Positions 39,649-50,014 of a stretch of 64,000 nucleotides of DNA are shown here, piece by piece (positions within the stretch are counted from its first letter, which is position 1; every line of letters begins with the position of its first letter). Under the pieces are notes generated by a model. It was not told the origin of the DNA. It saw nothing but the letters and a program-made list of their open reading frames with translations, and did not search any database. The DNA lies in NCBI GenBank assembly GCA_019057815.1, contig JAHLWR010000002.1:96001-160000 (forward strand), written 5' to 3'. Made by a program: the position numbers and the translations under genes. This stretch comes from Candidatus Heimdallarchaeota archaeon. GTDB taxonomy: Archaea; Asgardarchaeota; Heimdallarchaeia; Heimdallarchaeales; Heimdallarchaeaceae.

Positions 39649-40653
39649 CTAAACAGGCACAACAAGATTCCTTAGAATCTCATCTACAACCATTGTTCCA
39701 GTTGTTCCTTCAAGTTCTGCTTCAGGCTTCATCTGCAACCTGTGAGCTGTTGCTATTTTTGAAACTCTTTTTATATCATCGGGGATGACATAATCTCTTC
39801 CTCTCATAGATGCAACAGCTTTTCCAGCGTTGAGAAGGGCTATACTACATCGTGGACTACCACCTAGTATAAGTCTTGGGTCTGTTCTTGTTGCGACAAC
39901 AAGCTCTCTAATGTAATCTATAATATCCTCATGTACATATACTCGTCTTGCAACAGTTTCAATCATTTTTGTTATAGTCATAGGAGTAGTTACTCGTCGA
40001 ACAGTTTTGCGGATTCCTTTATGAATTAATTCAATAATCTCTTTTTCTTCATCAGGAGATGGCAATTCTACAAGAAGTTTGAACATGAAACGATCAACTT
40101 GTGCTTCTGGCAATGGGTAAGTTCCTTCTTGCTCTATTGGATTCTGTGTGGCAATAACTAAGAATGGTGGTTCAAGCTCAAATGTTGTTCCTTCGACAGT
40201 GACTTGTTTCTCCGCCATTGCTTCTAATAGCGCGGCTTGTGTTTTTGGTGGACTTCTGTTAATTTCGTCAGATAAGACGATATTACAAAATATTGGCCCT
40301 TTTCTCATTTTGAAGGTTCCAGCTTTTGGGTCATAAATTGTTGTTCCAACAACATCACTTGGTAGTAAGTCTGGTGTAAATTGTATTCTCTTAAAATCGC
40401 ACCCTAGTGTTGCTGCAAAATACTTAGCCATCACAGTTTTTGCAATTCCGGGGACTCCTTCTAATAGACAATGTCCTCCTCCTAGAAGAGCAATAAACAT
40501 ATCCTCTAGAATATCTACGTTGCCTATTATCACTTTTTCAAGTTCGCTATAGATTTCTTCCCAAACACGTTTAACATCCTTTGGTGTAACATATGTTTCT
40601 GTTTCAGCTTGTGCCTGTGCTTTTGCTGGTTTTTCTTCACTCATACTTTTCAC
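39649..40653 (-). CDS. moxR: MoxR-family AAA+ ATPase
   Basis: GHCLLEGVPGIAKT, RIQFTPDLLPSD, DEINRSPPKTQ, ATQNPIEQEGTYPLPEAQVDRF. Confidence 0.96.
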   Translation of the reverse strand: MKSMSEEKPAKAQAQAETETYVTPKDVKRVWEEIYSELEKVIIGNVDILEDMFIALLGGGHCLLEGVPGIAKTVMAKYFAATLGCDFKRIQFTPDLLPSDVVGTTIYDPKAGTFKMRKGPIFCNIVLSDEINRSPPKTQAALLEAMAEKQVTVEGTTFELEPPFLVIATQNPIEQEGTYPLPEAQVDRFMFKLLVELPSPDEEKEIIELIHKGIRKTVRRVTTPMTITKMIETVARRVYVHEDIIDYIRELVVATRTDPRLILGGSPRCSIALLNAGKAVASMRGRDYVIPDDIKRVSKIATAHRLQMKPEAELEGTTGTMVVDEILRNLVVPV

Positions 40654-40680
40654 TTTCCATTTCTCTTTTTATTTTTTACT

Positions 40681-42366
40681 CTACGATATTCTATCCATTA
40701 AATCTTTAATGAATGTCATTATAGTCAAAAATTCAGTTTCTTTCAATAAACGAGGTCTTCCCAAAAAGGCATCAATTCGTTTTAATTGAGGAAGAATATT
40801 TTTGACTTTCAAAGATGGATCTCTTTCTAAAAAGAATTCCGTTACTTCTTGTGGTGTATCAAGAGGACTACCAGATATTTTTCTAGCTCCTCTCAATAAT
40901 GCTCGATATAAGAGACTAATCGCTTCTTTGAATGCTCCTGTCTCTGTGATTCTCCGTATTTCTCTTTCAAATCTTGATTTTCCTGCTTCTCCCCTGTATT
41001 TTGTCCACAATACAGGTGTTAATCTTGTTTTCTTTGGAATAAGAGGATATGCTAATACTGCAATAAATATAGGTATAAATGGTGCGTATAAAGGAAACAT
41101 TGACATTTCAGTTATAAAGCGCATCAAAGTCATTGAATATATAGAAGCACTATAGAATTTTTGATGAACATGTCCTTCATCAAATATAATAGGGTAGGGT
41201 TCTCCTGCAGTTATGTTAAGATCCTGTGTGGCATAATCAAACAAGTTTTGACAGAATCTTAAATTGTCATTATCGTCAGTTTTTTCAATCCATTTGTTAA
41301 TAAAAATATCTGGATCGCCAATCATTATAATTTTACCATTACCTATAGGAAGAGTCATCATAGGAGCAAATTTTACATTTCCCCACTCATCTTCGTCAGG
41401 GGTTGCTGTCCCTTCTTTTGCTGCTTGAAAATCTGACTCTAACCATGCAGATTTGGAGGTATAAAATGGTAGAAATGGCAAGAATTGATCTTCTATTGAT
41501 CTGCCAAATAGAGACAAGGATACAGCCTGCATTGGCATCCAATCAGATTGATAGATTTTCACAGTCTGTGGGACACCTTGGTCAATGTATACACTATGAT
41601 TTATTTTTATACTAATAACAGTACCAAACTCCATTTGTATACCCTTGGTAATCCCATTAGTTAACGGGTTTGTCCCCTCAAACTCTTTTAAAAGTGGCTG
41701 AGCTGGATTAGTAGTATAACTTTCTGCATCCATTAATACTGAATTATTGAAACCAATACCTTTTAACATCCCTGCAATCATCGTGAAAATAAGATCTCCT
41801 CCTTCCTGTGTTGCATTTCCAAATAATTCGGATAATGAAGTTATTTTTCCTCCACTTACTGAAGCGACATCATCCCAAGTTTCTAATAAATTGAAGAGTG
41901 GTTCAAATATTTCAGAACCTGTTCCGTAATCATCAGCAATGATTAAACTTCCACCTCGTGCAAGAAACGCTATCATTGAAATAGTATCAGCTTGACTATA
42001 TTTTGTTGCTGGTCCAATGACTGTTACTACAGCTGATCTATTAAATCTATTTAGAATATTAAGTGATGACATACCATTTAATATCTCATATTTCTGTCCA
42101 TAAGCAGTTGTTTCTTGTTCTAAAAACAAGCGTACGCTAGAAAGCCCATCCCATCCTTCATTGTATATTGAGAACTTTGTCCCGAAGCTACCTAGCCCTA
42201 CCATTCCTAGAAATATAGGTACCACTATTACCATGAAGAGAAGAAACATTGCAATTGAGTACTTCGTAAAGGAAGGACGCCAACTAAGCTTTCTTCTTGA
42301 TGCTCTTTCGCTTCTTGACAACTTTCTTCTTTGTTGACTTCTTCTTTTGTTTTCCTCTTGGCTCAA
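40681..42366 (-). CDS. DUF4350 (GATase-like) membrane-anchored protein; start uncertain
   Basis: TM; SIYNEGWDGLS; GGSLIIADD; GKIIMIGDPDIFIN; FDEGH; second TM. Confidence 0.8.
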   Translation of the reverse strand: MSQEENKRRSQQRRKLSRSERASRRKLSWRPSFTKYSIAMFLLFMVIVVPIFLGMVGLGSFGTKFSIYNEGWDGLSSVRLFLEQETTAYGQKYEILNGMSSLNILNRFNRSAVVTVIGPATKYSQADTISMIAFLARGGSLIIADDYGTGSEIFEPLFNLLETWDDVASVSGGKITSLSELFGNATQEGGDLIFTMIAGMLKGIGFNNSVLMDAESYTTNPAQPLLKEFEGTNPLTNGITKGIQMEFGTVISIKINHSVYIDQGVPQTVKIYQSDWMPMQAVSLSLFGRSIEDQFLPFLPFYTSKSAWLESDFQAAKEGTATPDEDEWGNVKFAPMMTLPIGNGKIIMIGDPDIFINKWIEKTDDNDNLRFCQNLFDYATQDLNITAGEPYPIIFDEGHVHQKFYSASIYSMTLMRFITEMSMFPLYAPFIPIFIAVLAYPLIPKKTRLTPVLWTKYRGEAGKSRFEREIRRITETGAFKEAISLLYRALLRGARKISGSPLDTPQEVTEFFLERDPSLKVKNILPQLKRIDAFLGRPRLLKETEFLTIMTFIKDLMDRIS

Positions 42367-42766
42367 CTACTTCTACATCCTGTTCTCTTATACCTCTGAA
42401 ACAGATATCTAATCGCTGTATAGCCTCTTGATAGTCTTCATAAGTGACTTCTCTGTCAGTATAACGAGCAATTTCAAAGGAGACCATATATTCATCCATT
42501 ACTTCTGCGGAAATGTTCGCCTCATTAGATATTTCAAAACCAAATTCACGTCCAGTTGTATTAGAAGAACGAATCATATTTAATAAATCATGAGCAATGG
42601 TTGTTAAACCTCCAAATGAAGCGATTACAGCTCCGCGATAATCTTGCCTTTGTTCGAAGATTCTAACATCTCCCATGACTGTATTAAATATTTGATCTAA
42701 TCTCTTAACTTGTTTTTTCCTTTTGAAGAAACCAAATATACCTCTGTTACTCAACTTTCTTTTCAC
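42284..42766 (-). CDS. Stand-alone DUF4129-like protein with Lys-rich tail
   Basis: TTGREF...FEIARYTDREVT; SD-like AGGTG at start. Confidence 0.7.
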   Translation of the reverse strand: MKRKLSNRGIFGFFKRKKQVKRLDQIFNTVMGDVRIFEQRQDYRGAVIASFGGLTTIAHDLLNMIRSSNTTGREFGFEISNEANISAEVMDEYMVSFEIARYTDREVTYEDYQEAIQRLDICFRGIREQDVEVVEPRGKQKKKSTKKKVVKKRKSIKKKA

Positions 42767-42772
42767 CTACAT

Positions 42773-45700
42773 TTATGTTTCAATTTCCATTTTACTAACT
42801 TCTAGTTGATCTATAGTTTTAAGGAGTGCTCTCACTCCTGCATTATAATCTTCTTCGGTTATAGGTTCATGACTATAACGCGCTTTTTCGAAATAATAAG
42901 TTATTGTAGCCATAGTTTCTTTTTGGATTTTTGCTTTTGCTGCTAAGAGAAAAGCAAATTCCATCGGTGTTTGATGTTTATATCTTGGAAGTTCGTAGAA
43001 CTCTCTACCTACACCTTCTACTACGTTCCACATTTTTATTAAACCTTCCTTATATCTTCCCTCAACTCCATCTCTTTTTATTTCTTCAATAATTTCTCTT
43101 AGGTAATCTCTTAATCTTCTTCTAAGAGTTTGTTTTTTAGCATAAGTTTGTAAAGAGTGTCTATTAATCCAGAAGAATAGAGCTATTATAACAACAGCTA
43201 AACCACCAACAACTCCACCGATGAGTGCACCGAGGTTTAGATCAGTACTACCACCAGGAGGAATAACAGGAGGAGGATTAACAACACTTAATAGCACAGG
43301 AGGTGTAGTAAGCAAATTATTGACAATATCATATGATAATAAATAGTAATTTAATGGAAAAGGATCTTCACTTGTTTCAGCTAGGGGATAAATAGAAAGA
43401 TTAAATGATGCAAAATATGTGTTTGTTGTTCCAACTTGAGTTAAATTCACAAGTATTGTCTGTCCATTATAATAAATATAAACTGTAACATTTTGTATAC
43501 CTGATCGTTCATCAGTAAGAATTATAGTAAAATTAAGAACAGTGTCGGCTTCTATAACTATGCCTGTATAATCAACAACTAAACCACCAGGGCCAATTAC
43601 AGGAGCGTCAGAGTCTATAGATGCTAGATTTCTTGTTACACTTGTGAAAGCATTGTTTGTGGGGTCTGCATTATCAGATGCAATATAGTACCAAGTGTAT
43701 TCATAATTATACTCCCCATCAAAGACATAAAACCATTGGTTAGTACCAGGAACGTTTGTCATTGTGTCATTAATATAATTTTCTTCCCAGACATCACTAC
43801 CTTCTACACTTCGATTAACATAAATTCTTACAGATGAAATATCTGTGTATATTAAACTGTCATTAACAAAAACTGTAATATTAAACCAAGGATTATCTAG
43901 TTCTGGAGATGTTAAGGTAACCGGAACTCCTTCTTCCACTGGTTCTTCATAATCCCCTATTTGATACTCATTATAGTGTGTACTATTATATAAATAAGTA
44001 ATCCATCCAAAGGTTACATCGTATTGTGCAACAGCTTGTCTTGTTCCACCAGCAGTTAAACCATAACCTGCAAAATCTTTGACCTCAATGTAATATTGTA
44101 TATAATTTTGTGCATACATCGTATTTATACTTAAAGTAGCTTCATATTGACCTCCCCCAATATCGATTAAAGTAATATTAGTCCATGTTTCTATTACACC
44201 TACACCCTCTTCATAAATTTGGTAGAACAATTTTACAAAGTTTATACCCGTTCCCACATCTGATGCAGTGACAGTAAAAGTAACATCAAAATAAGGTTCA
44301 TGTGGGACTATTATTAATGGATCTGGTGTGCGTATTTCTGCTGTTATTTGAGGTACATCATAATCTGGACCATAAATGTAAATTGTATGAGTTATTGACT
44401 CTGCATAAACCAATCCAGGAAGGACGTTTGCTGTGATTACAAGACCAGCAGGATAAGCTATTGATAGATCTAACCCACTGCTATCCAAATCACTCACAGT
44501 ATAAAGGACATAGTGAACAGCACTAGTGACTCCATCAGGGAGATTGTTTACTTCATCTCCTGCAAGAGTTATTGAAATCATCGCACCTAACGGTTTCCTA
44601 CCGAATTGATCTCTTACTGTAAGATTATATGCTTGAGCTGTCAATGAAGAATAGAAAGTATTGTTGAATTCTGTCCAATCAGCCACTGGATTATCTTGAG
44701 GATCAGTGAAAGTTAAAGTAAGATCATAATAGGTGTTAAAGGTGACGTTTGTTGAATCTACCCCTATTACATTATAACGATAAGTTACTTGGGTTTCATT
44801 CAAAGCATCTACTTGAATAGTTTTATTTTCTGTTTGAAGTGTAAAATCCGGGACATTTCTATTCAATATTATATTCCCACTTGCTTCAGTTATAAATTCC
44901 ACTAACCCTATTTCTGGAAAGGTTAAACTGAATCTTGAAAGAGGAGCTTTATTTCCAGCTTCATCTATAACAGTTATATTATAATAAATGATTTCCCCTG
45001 GAGTGTAAAAATTCCCATCAGGGTTATTATACAAATTAATTTCAATTGAGTAGATATTTATTGCATAGTGAACAGTTAAATCATCATCATTCAAAAGAGC
45101 TGCTCCAAATTCAGATGAAAGAGCCTCAAAATGGATATTTATTGTGTCTGTGATATCCGTAATGTTGCTTGTGAGATCATAAGTTTTCCGGATTTCAGCT
45201 TGTAAATCAGTTAAAAGGTCTTCTACAATATATACTCCTCCACCGCCAATTATAGTTACTCTTATTGTCTTACTAGGCTCAGCACCAGTATCTGAAGTTA
45301 AATTAGCAAAAACAGTGAAAGTAGAACCATATACAACCTCAACTGGCGTTTTTGTGTATGATAATATTCCAACTTCAAAATATGCATCAACAACTACTTG
45401 GTTGTCTGTCTTTGTAGTGTTATAATAAGCGAGGAATCTATCGTTTTCTGGGTCAACAGAATCATTATCTCTAAAGAAAGTCAACCCTAATGGCGCAAAA
45501 TTATAGAATACAGTTATGTCTACGTCTTGTACAAGTAGAGGAGCTGTTCCAGAATAAATATCGTTGTAGGGGGAAATTATACCAAAAGTACGATTACCAT
45601 TGAAATCTGTTCCACTAACCCACCACTCTACCTTAAGGGTATATTCATTGCCTTGTGTGTCTACTACTGACCCATTATCAAAATAACATTGACTAGTAAT

Positions 45701-46480
45701 AGTATAACCTTGACCTGGATTCGTGATTGCTGTTGTCACATCAAGATCTATAGACCCATAGAAGGTTACATTAACATTACCAGGACTAAAACTTCCTCTA
45801 CCAACTTCAGTATGTCCCCAGAAGTAAGTAAAAAGATCAATTTTGCCTATTTTGGAGAAGGGATTAGCAGAAATAACAGAAGTTAACAGATCAATTTGAA
45901 ATTCACCTTGTCCAGACGTTGTACCAAAACCAACCTCATATTGTAGGTTTCCTTGATAGAATAAAGGTGCACTCTCGAATTGATATTTCGTAACATTATA
46001 ATATAAATAAACTGTTTCACCATTCCAATAATCTCCTTCCCAAACGTACAATTGTCCTTCAACTGTCACTGTATCCCCTCTAAAAGCATAATCAGGAACA
46101 GTATTTCCAGGTTCATTTATTACTAGCTTAATGTCAGTGGGTGCTTTTCTGGAGTCAGCGATTATTGTACCATTGTTATTTCTAACTACCAGACCATTAT
46201 CACATGGTCTCTGCAGTTCATTAGAATAATAATTTTCACTCCCTTCATCAAATTCTTTACTAATAATAGGTTGAGTTGATGAAATACCCATTGAATTATC
46301 TTTCCTCTCGTTTTGTGTTATTGACACTTTTTCTTTAGAGAGTTGAGAATCTACTAGATTTGCATCCAATCGATCTTCATTTTGATGTAATGTTGCTTGA
46401 AGCGGGGTAAACATCATTAAAGCCAATAATGAAAATAAAAGAATCGCAAGAAATTTGGGTTTATAGCTTCTCTGTGTCAT
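42773..46480 (-). CDS. 1235-aa type-I membrane protein: Ig-like extracellular repeats, TM, cytoplasmic DUF4129
   Basis: Signal peptide; beta-rich DxxxP..YYIxAxD repeats; TM; QTPMEF...FEKARYS. Confidence 0.8.
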   Translation of the reverse strand: MTQRSYKPKFLAILLFSLLALMMFTPLQATLHQNEDRLDANLVDSQLSKEKVSITQNERKDNSMGISSTQPIISKEFDEGSENYYSNELQRPCDNGLVVRNNNGTIIADSRKAPTDIKLVINEPGNTVPDYAFRGDTVTVEGQLYVWEGDYWNGETVYLYYNVTKYQFESAPLFYQGNLQYEVGFGTTSGQGEFQIDLLTSVISANPFSKIGKIDLFTYFWGHTEVGRGSFSPGNVNVTFYGSIDLDVTTAITNPGQGYTITSQCYFDNGSVVDTQGNEYTLKVEWWVSGTDFNGNRTFGIISPYNDIYSGTAPLLVQDVDITVFYNFAPLGLTFFRDNDSVDPENDRFLAYYNTTKTDNQVVVDAYFEVGILSYTKTPVEVVYGSTFTVFANLTSDTGAEPSKTIRVTIIGGGGVYIVEDLLTDLQAEIRKTYDLTSNITDITDTINIHFEALSSEFGAALLNDDDLTVHYAINIYSIEINLYNNPDGNFYTPGEIIYYNITVIDEAGNKAPLSRFSLTFPEIGLVEFITEASGNIILNRNVPDFTLQTENKTIQVDALNETQVTYRYNVIGVDSTNVTFNTYYDLTLTFTDPQDNPVADWTEFNNTFYSSLTAQAYNLTVRDQFGRKPLGAMISITLAGDEVNNLPDGVTSAVHYVLYTVSDLDSSGLDLSIAYPAGLVITANVLPGLVYAESITHTIYIYGPDYDVPQITAEIRTPDPLIIVPHEPYFDVTFTVTASDVGTGINFVKLFYQIYEEGVGVIETWTNITLIDIGGGQYEATLSINTMYAQNYIQYYIEVKDFAGYGLTAGGTRQAVAQYDVTFGWITYLYNSTHYNEYQIGDYEEPVEEGVPVTLTSPELDNPWFNITVFVNDSLIYTDISSVRIYVNRSVEGSDVWEENYINDTMTNVPGTNQWFYVFDGEYNYEYTWYYIASDNADPTNNAFTSVTRNLASIDSDAPVIGPGGLVVDYTGIVIEADTVLNFTIILTDERSGIQNVTVYIYYNGQTILVNLTQVGTTNTYFASFNLSIYPLAETSEDPFPLNYYLLSYDIVNNLLTTPPVLLSVVNPPPVIPPGGSTDLNLGALIGGVVGGLAVVIIALFFWINRHSLQTYAKKQTLRRRLRDYLREIIEEIKRDGVEGRYKEGLIKMWNVVEGVGREFYELPRYKHQTPMEFAFLLAAKAKIQKETMATITYYFEKARYSHEPITEEDYNAGVRALLKTIDQLEVSKMEIET

Positions 46481-49400
46481 TAGAATCCCTCTTCAGTATA
46501 ACTTACTAAACAAAATTCTTCCTTTAAAATCTTTATTGGATAAGAGTAATGACTAAATGATAAAACACATAATTTATGTGTTCTTATCATGAAGGTTGAC
46601 ATATATAATTTAATTTCCAAATCGTAATAAGAGCTTGTTATTTCCCAATCTGATGTTTGTTTTAGATAATCAGAATAATCTCCTTCGGAGTTCATCTCCA
46701 AATTTGGCATCAAAGTTTCAACGGTTATTAAGAGGTCAACAGAAGCGTTCCATCGTTCAAGATAAAAAGTTACAACTTTAAACAGACCTGCTCCAAATTT
46801 ACTTGCATCTATCCTATATACATCACTAAATTGTCCAGTCAAATCAGTACTTCCATTTCCAAGACTTATGATATTTTTTAGAGGTTTAGAGTCGTTAAGT
46901 GTTTGGAGTTCTGAAAGGTATGTGGTTGAATTCTTCGTCCCAGTATAAGCTTCATAATCAGCCAGAGGCATCATCCATACTTGAATTGCTTCATCTTCAA
47001 TTGAACCTACGGGAACACCTAGTGGAGACATCAGGAAAAGCGAAAAATCAAAAGCTTCAAAGAAAATAAAATCAGTAGGTGTTACAATTTCTGAAGTTGA
47101 ATTAATGTCCACAGTTGAACTTATGCCGTCCATAAGGTAGAAGTAGGAGAAAGTATAGTTCTGACCATAATTAGCTATTATTGCATAAGCTTGATCAGTT
47201 GTGAGACCATCTAGAAGATCTTCACGCAATGGTGATGTGTGATTGAGACTATAAACCCTAGAAACACCAAAAAGATCGGTTGTTCCGTTGCCCAATTCTT
47301 TTTCAGGAGGAACGAATGTTCCAGTATTTATTATTGTATTCAATTGGCTCAGTGTATAAACATAATAGTAAACATCGCGATCTGGAAGAACGGTTAAAAG
47401 TCCCGGGTCTTCGTAGAGAATACTCGAAATCTCGTAGTTCAAACCTTTTTGTGTTATATAAAGCGATTCTGTGAGCCCCGTACTAGGTATTACTTGTTGT
47501 GTTGCATTAATCGAAACACCGCTAAGATAGCCTTCTGGTACTATTGCAAAAGAGGTTATAGCATATGCAGCAAAACCACTGTATGCAGCTAGAATGTAGG
47601 TTGTACCCATATAATTGTCTATATCGAATTGAACGTAATCACTAGCGTTGAAACTATATATTAACTCTGCTTCACCTAAAACATCAGTAGCTGCTTCTCC
47701 AACATCATTTCCCAAAGCTAGTAAGTTTGCAGGTGTATCTATATTATCAGAAAATTGTTGTAATGTATAAGTGCGGTAAGATATCGGTACGTTTGTTCCT
47801 GGACTACCCCCACTTGTTGCTGTTGCCCGAAGTGTATAATCAGTTGAAAAATCAATCATGTAAGCTTCATCTGGAGCTTGTGGAGGAAGAGATGGATGGG
47901 GAGGTATTGGCTGAGTTGTTAGTGCAGAATAACCAGGTGGTTCTCCAAGCATCTCAAGTGTAAGATTGTAACTGGAATGTAGAGTATTTTCACAATAAAT
48001 TAGAGTGCTACCTGACACATAAGGTACTATTTGGAATTGACCCCAGCTATATTTAGTTACTCCTCCTTCTTCATATGGAAGGAGAGCTTCTATCCATGCA
48101 AATAGATTTTCAAGTTTTAATTCTCTATTTGTTGATGTTCCGTCTCCTAGTGCAAAACCTATCACAGGACGAGCTGGAATACCTTGTATTCTTAAAGCTA
48201 CTAAAGCTAAGGCTAAATAGTCAGTAGCAGCTTTATCACTCTGTCCAGTTACAAGAAGTTGAGCTCTATCTTGACCTGTATTATCACCTTGAGCCGTTTC
48301 AGGGAGTCCAAAAGTAGTTAAAATCGAATCGATATCATAAGTTATCTGTTGGTATACACTATCAAAACCTAAAATTTCTCCGTTAGTTTTTAAGTCAGAA
48401 GCAAAACTCCAGACATCTGGTGAAATAGTCCTGTAATTATCTGGTAGTTGAAGAAACATCGAATAAGTATCATTAAATGAAGAACTGCCGTAACCTCCAG
48501 TGGTAAAACCTAAAGCTCCATCCGTGCCATCAGTCGATTTAGTTAAAAAATCTTTTTCGCTTTGTGACATAGATAAGAAGTATGAGAAGTATTCAAATGC
48601 ACCTATGAATGCTAATGCATTCGTTGTAGCTGTTAGAGAGAGTTGTTCTCTTTGATTCCATCTTACTTTAGCGGTTCCACTTTTTGCAGCAGTTATTTTA
48701 TTGTCATCAGTTCCTGAATAGACATTATCTGTCCAATCTGCATCTTCGTCAATTAATGGAGTTTGATAGGAGTTCCATGTTGTTAACAAACTGCTTTGAA
48801 GTGATGTTGTTGCTGCATATACTTTTTGATCAACTTCAAAACGTGTATATGTTCCACTTGGTGGACCGTAATCATCATTTTCTAAGTCATACAATACAGC
48901 ATCATTTGACGCATCAAATTCCCAAGTTGTAGGGTTGTACCTATCGTATACTTCCCATCGATAGAGAAAATTCCCCAATGAACCTGAAACCACAGAAATA
49001 TTAGCAATATTCATATTTGCTAAAGTGTCATTCAAATCGATTGCATCCAATAAATCTAGTAATCCATCAATGTAAAAAGGTGCAGAACCAGTGAATAATG
49101 AGGAAAACCAATCCGCATTAACATCTTGTGCGTTTAGTTCACCCTCGGGTAAGTCACGATATTTTCCAATTAAACCCACATATGGGGAGAATAGAGAAAT
49201 CAGTAATGTCCCTATGGTTAATCCCATAAAAACAATTCTCCAAACATTATGTCTGGTTTGATATTTAATTAATGTAAACGGGAAGAATACAAGACCCGTT
49301 ATAATCGTTAATAAAATCCTTAGTGGAGTAAATTTAAATGCCATTTTGTAAGTCTCAAACGATAATAACAGAAGAAATACCTCTGCGAAAAGGATTATTG

Positions 49401-49659
49401 GAACAATTATATCCATAAAGAAAGATGGTAGAGCAATCGGTATAAATTTGATAAAATAGAAATTTACAATACTTGCAACCAAAAGACCAGTGAATATTGT
49501 AGTGAAAAAGATATTCTTTTTCCTAACACCCTTTGGCATCATAGCTTCGAGAGGTCTCTGTTTAGGTTTGCGTTTCAACCTTTTTGAAGCTACGACAACA
49601 GCTGGTTTTGTTTTGAGTTTTTTCCTAGTAGGTTTGAGTTTCTTTGGCTGCTTAGACAT
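46480..49659 (-). CDS. Membrane-anchored transglutaminase-fold protein, predicted catalytically inactive
   Basis: Four N-terminal TMs; YRWEVYDRY; LRIQGIPARPVIGF, AWIE and WGQF motifs lacking Cys/His/Asp. Confidence 0.78.
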   Translation of the reverse strand: MSKQPKKLKPTRKKLKTKPAVVVASKRLKRKPKQRPLEAMMPKGVRKKNIFFTTIFTGLLVASIVNFYFIKFIPIALPSFFMDIIVPIILFAEVFLLLLSFETYKMAFKFTPLRILLTIITGLVFFPFTLIKYQTRHNVWRIVFMGLTIGTLLISLFSPYVGLIGKYRDLPEGELNAQDVNADWFSSLFTGSAPFYIDGLLDLLDAIDLNDTLANMNIANISVVSGSLGNFLYRWEVYDRYNPTTWEFDASNDAVLYDLENDDYGPPSGTYTRFEVDQKVYAATTSLQSSLLTTWNSYQTPLIDEDADWTDNVYSGTDDNKITAAKSGTAKVRWNQREQLSLTATTNALAFIGAFEYFSYFLSMSQSEKDFLTKSTDGTDGALGFTTGGYGSSSFNDTYSMFLQLPDNYRTISPDVWSFASDLKTNGEILGFDSVYQQITYDIDSILTTFGLPETAQGDNTGQDRAQLLVTGQSDKAATDYLALALVALRIQGIPARPVIGFALGDGTSTNRELKLENLFAWIEALLPYEEGGVTKYSWGQFQIVPYVSGSTLIYCENTLHSSYNLTLEMLGEPPGYSALTTQPIPPHPSLPPQAPDEAYMIDFSTDYTLRATATSGGSPGTNVPISYRTYTLQQFSDNIDTPANLLALGNDVGEAATDVLGEAELIYSFNASDYVQFDIDNYMGTTYILAAYSGFAAYAITSFAIVPEGYLSGVSINATQQVIPSTGLTESLYITQKGLNYEISSILYEDPGLLTVLPDRDVYYYVYTLSQLNTIINTGTFVPPEKELGNGTTDLFGVSRVYSLNHTSPLREDLLDGLTTDQAYAIIANYGQNYTFSYFYLMDGISSTVDINSTSEIVTPTDFIFFEAFDFSLFLMSPLGVPVGSIEDEAIQVWMMPLADYEAYTGTKNSTTYLSELQTLNDSKPLKNIISLGNGSTDLTGQFSDVYRIDASKFGAGLFKVVTFYLERWNASVDLLITVETLMPNLEMNSEGDYSDYLKQTSDWEITSSYYDLEIKLYMSTFMIRTHKLCVLSFSHYSYPIKILKEEFCLVSYTEEGF

Positions 49660-49908
49660 GGATTTTCCTCATTCTACAAAATATATTGGAATAATATATA
49701 TCATACTATAATTAATCTATAACAACATATATATTCAAAAACTTTTTGTGGGACATTTTTTCTTTTTGGATTTAAATAGGGTTTACAATTATACTCTTAA
49801 ACTTGGATAAAGTTGAACAGGAATACACAGGTCTAAAAGTGGCACAGAATAACGTCAAAGAAAATTTTTGTGACCTTTATATATGGATCTACTTCTTTGT
49901 CTACTGAG

Positions 49909-49983
49909 GATGAGATGGTACATGACAACTTGTAGTGTTTGCATCATCAAATCGTGGAAGGATGTCGTGTATTCATCTGCATC
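49909..49983 (+). other. Long imperfect hairpin upstream of thyX (candidate structured RNA)
   Basis: GATG-AGATG-GTACATGACA pairs with TGTCGTGTAT-TCATCT-GCATC, using G-U pairs on the + strand; TTTATATA at 49876. Confidence 0.4.
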
Positions 49984-50014
49984 ATGTGAGGGCAAAATAT
50001 ATTAAGAAAGGAAA

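Noticed and set aside
36917-41929. Antisense ORFs of 60-170 aa in the ORF track here and elsewhere
   Set aside because: They lie fully opposite well-supported genes and have no motifs
49909-49983. SECIS, C/D-box RNA or tRNA
   Set aside because: No stem compatible with a tandem GA core, no same-strand UGA-containing gene, no clear CUGA D boxes, no cloverleaf
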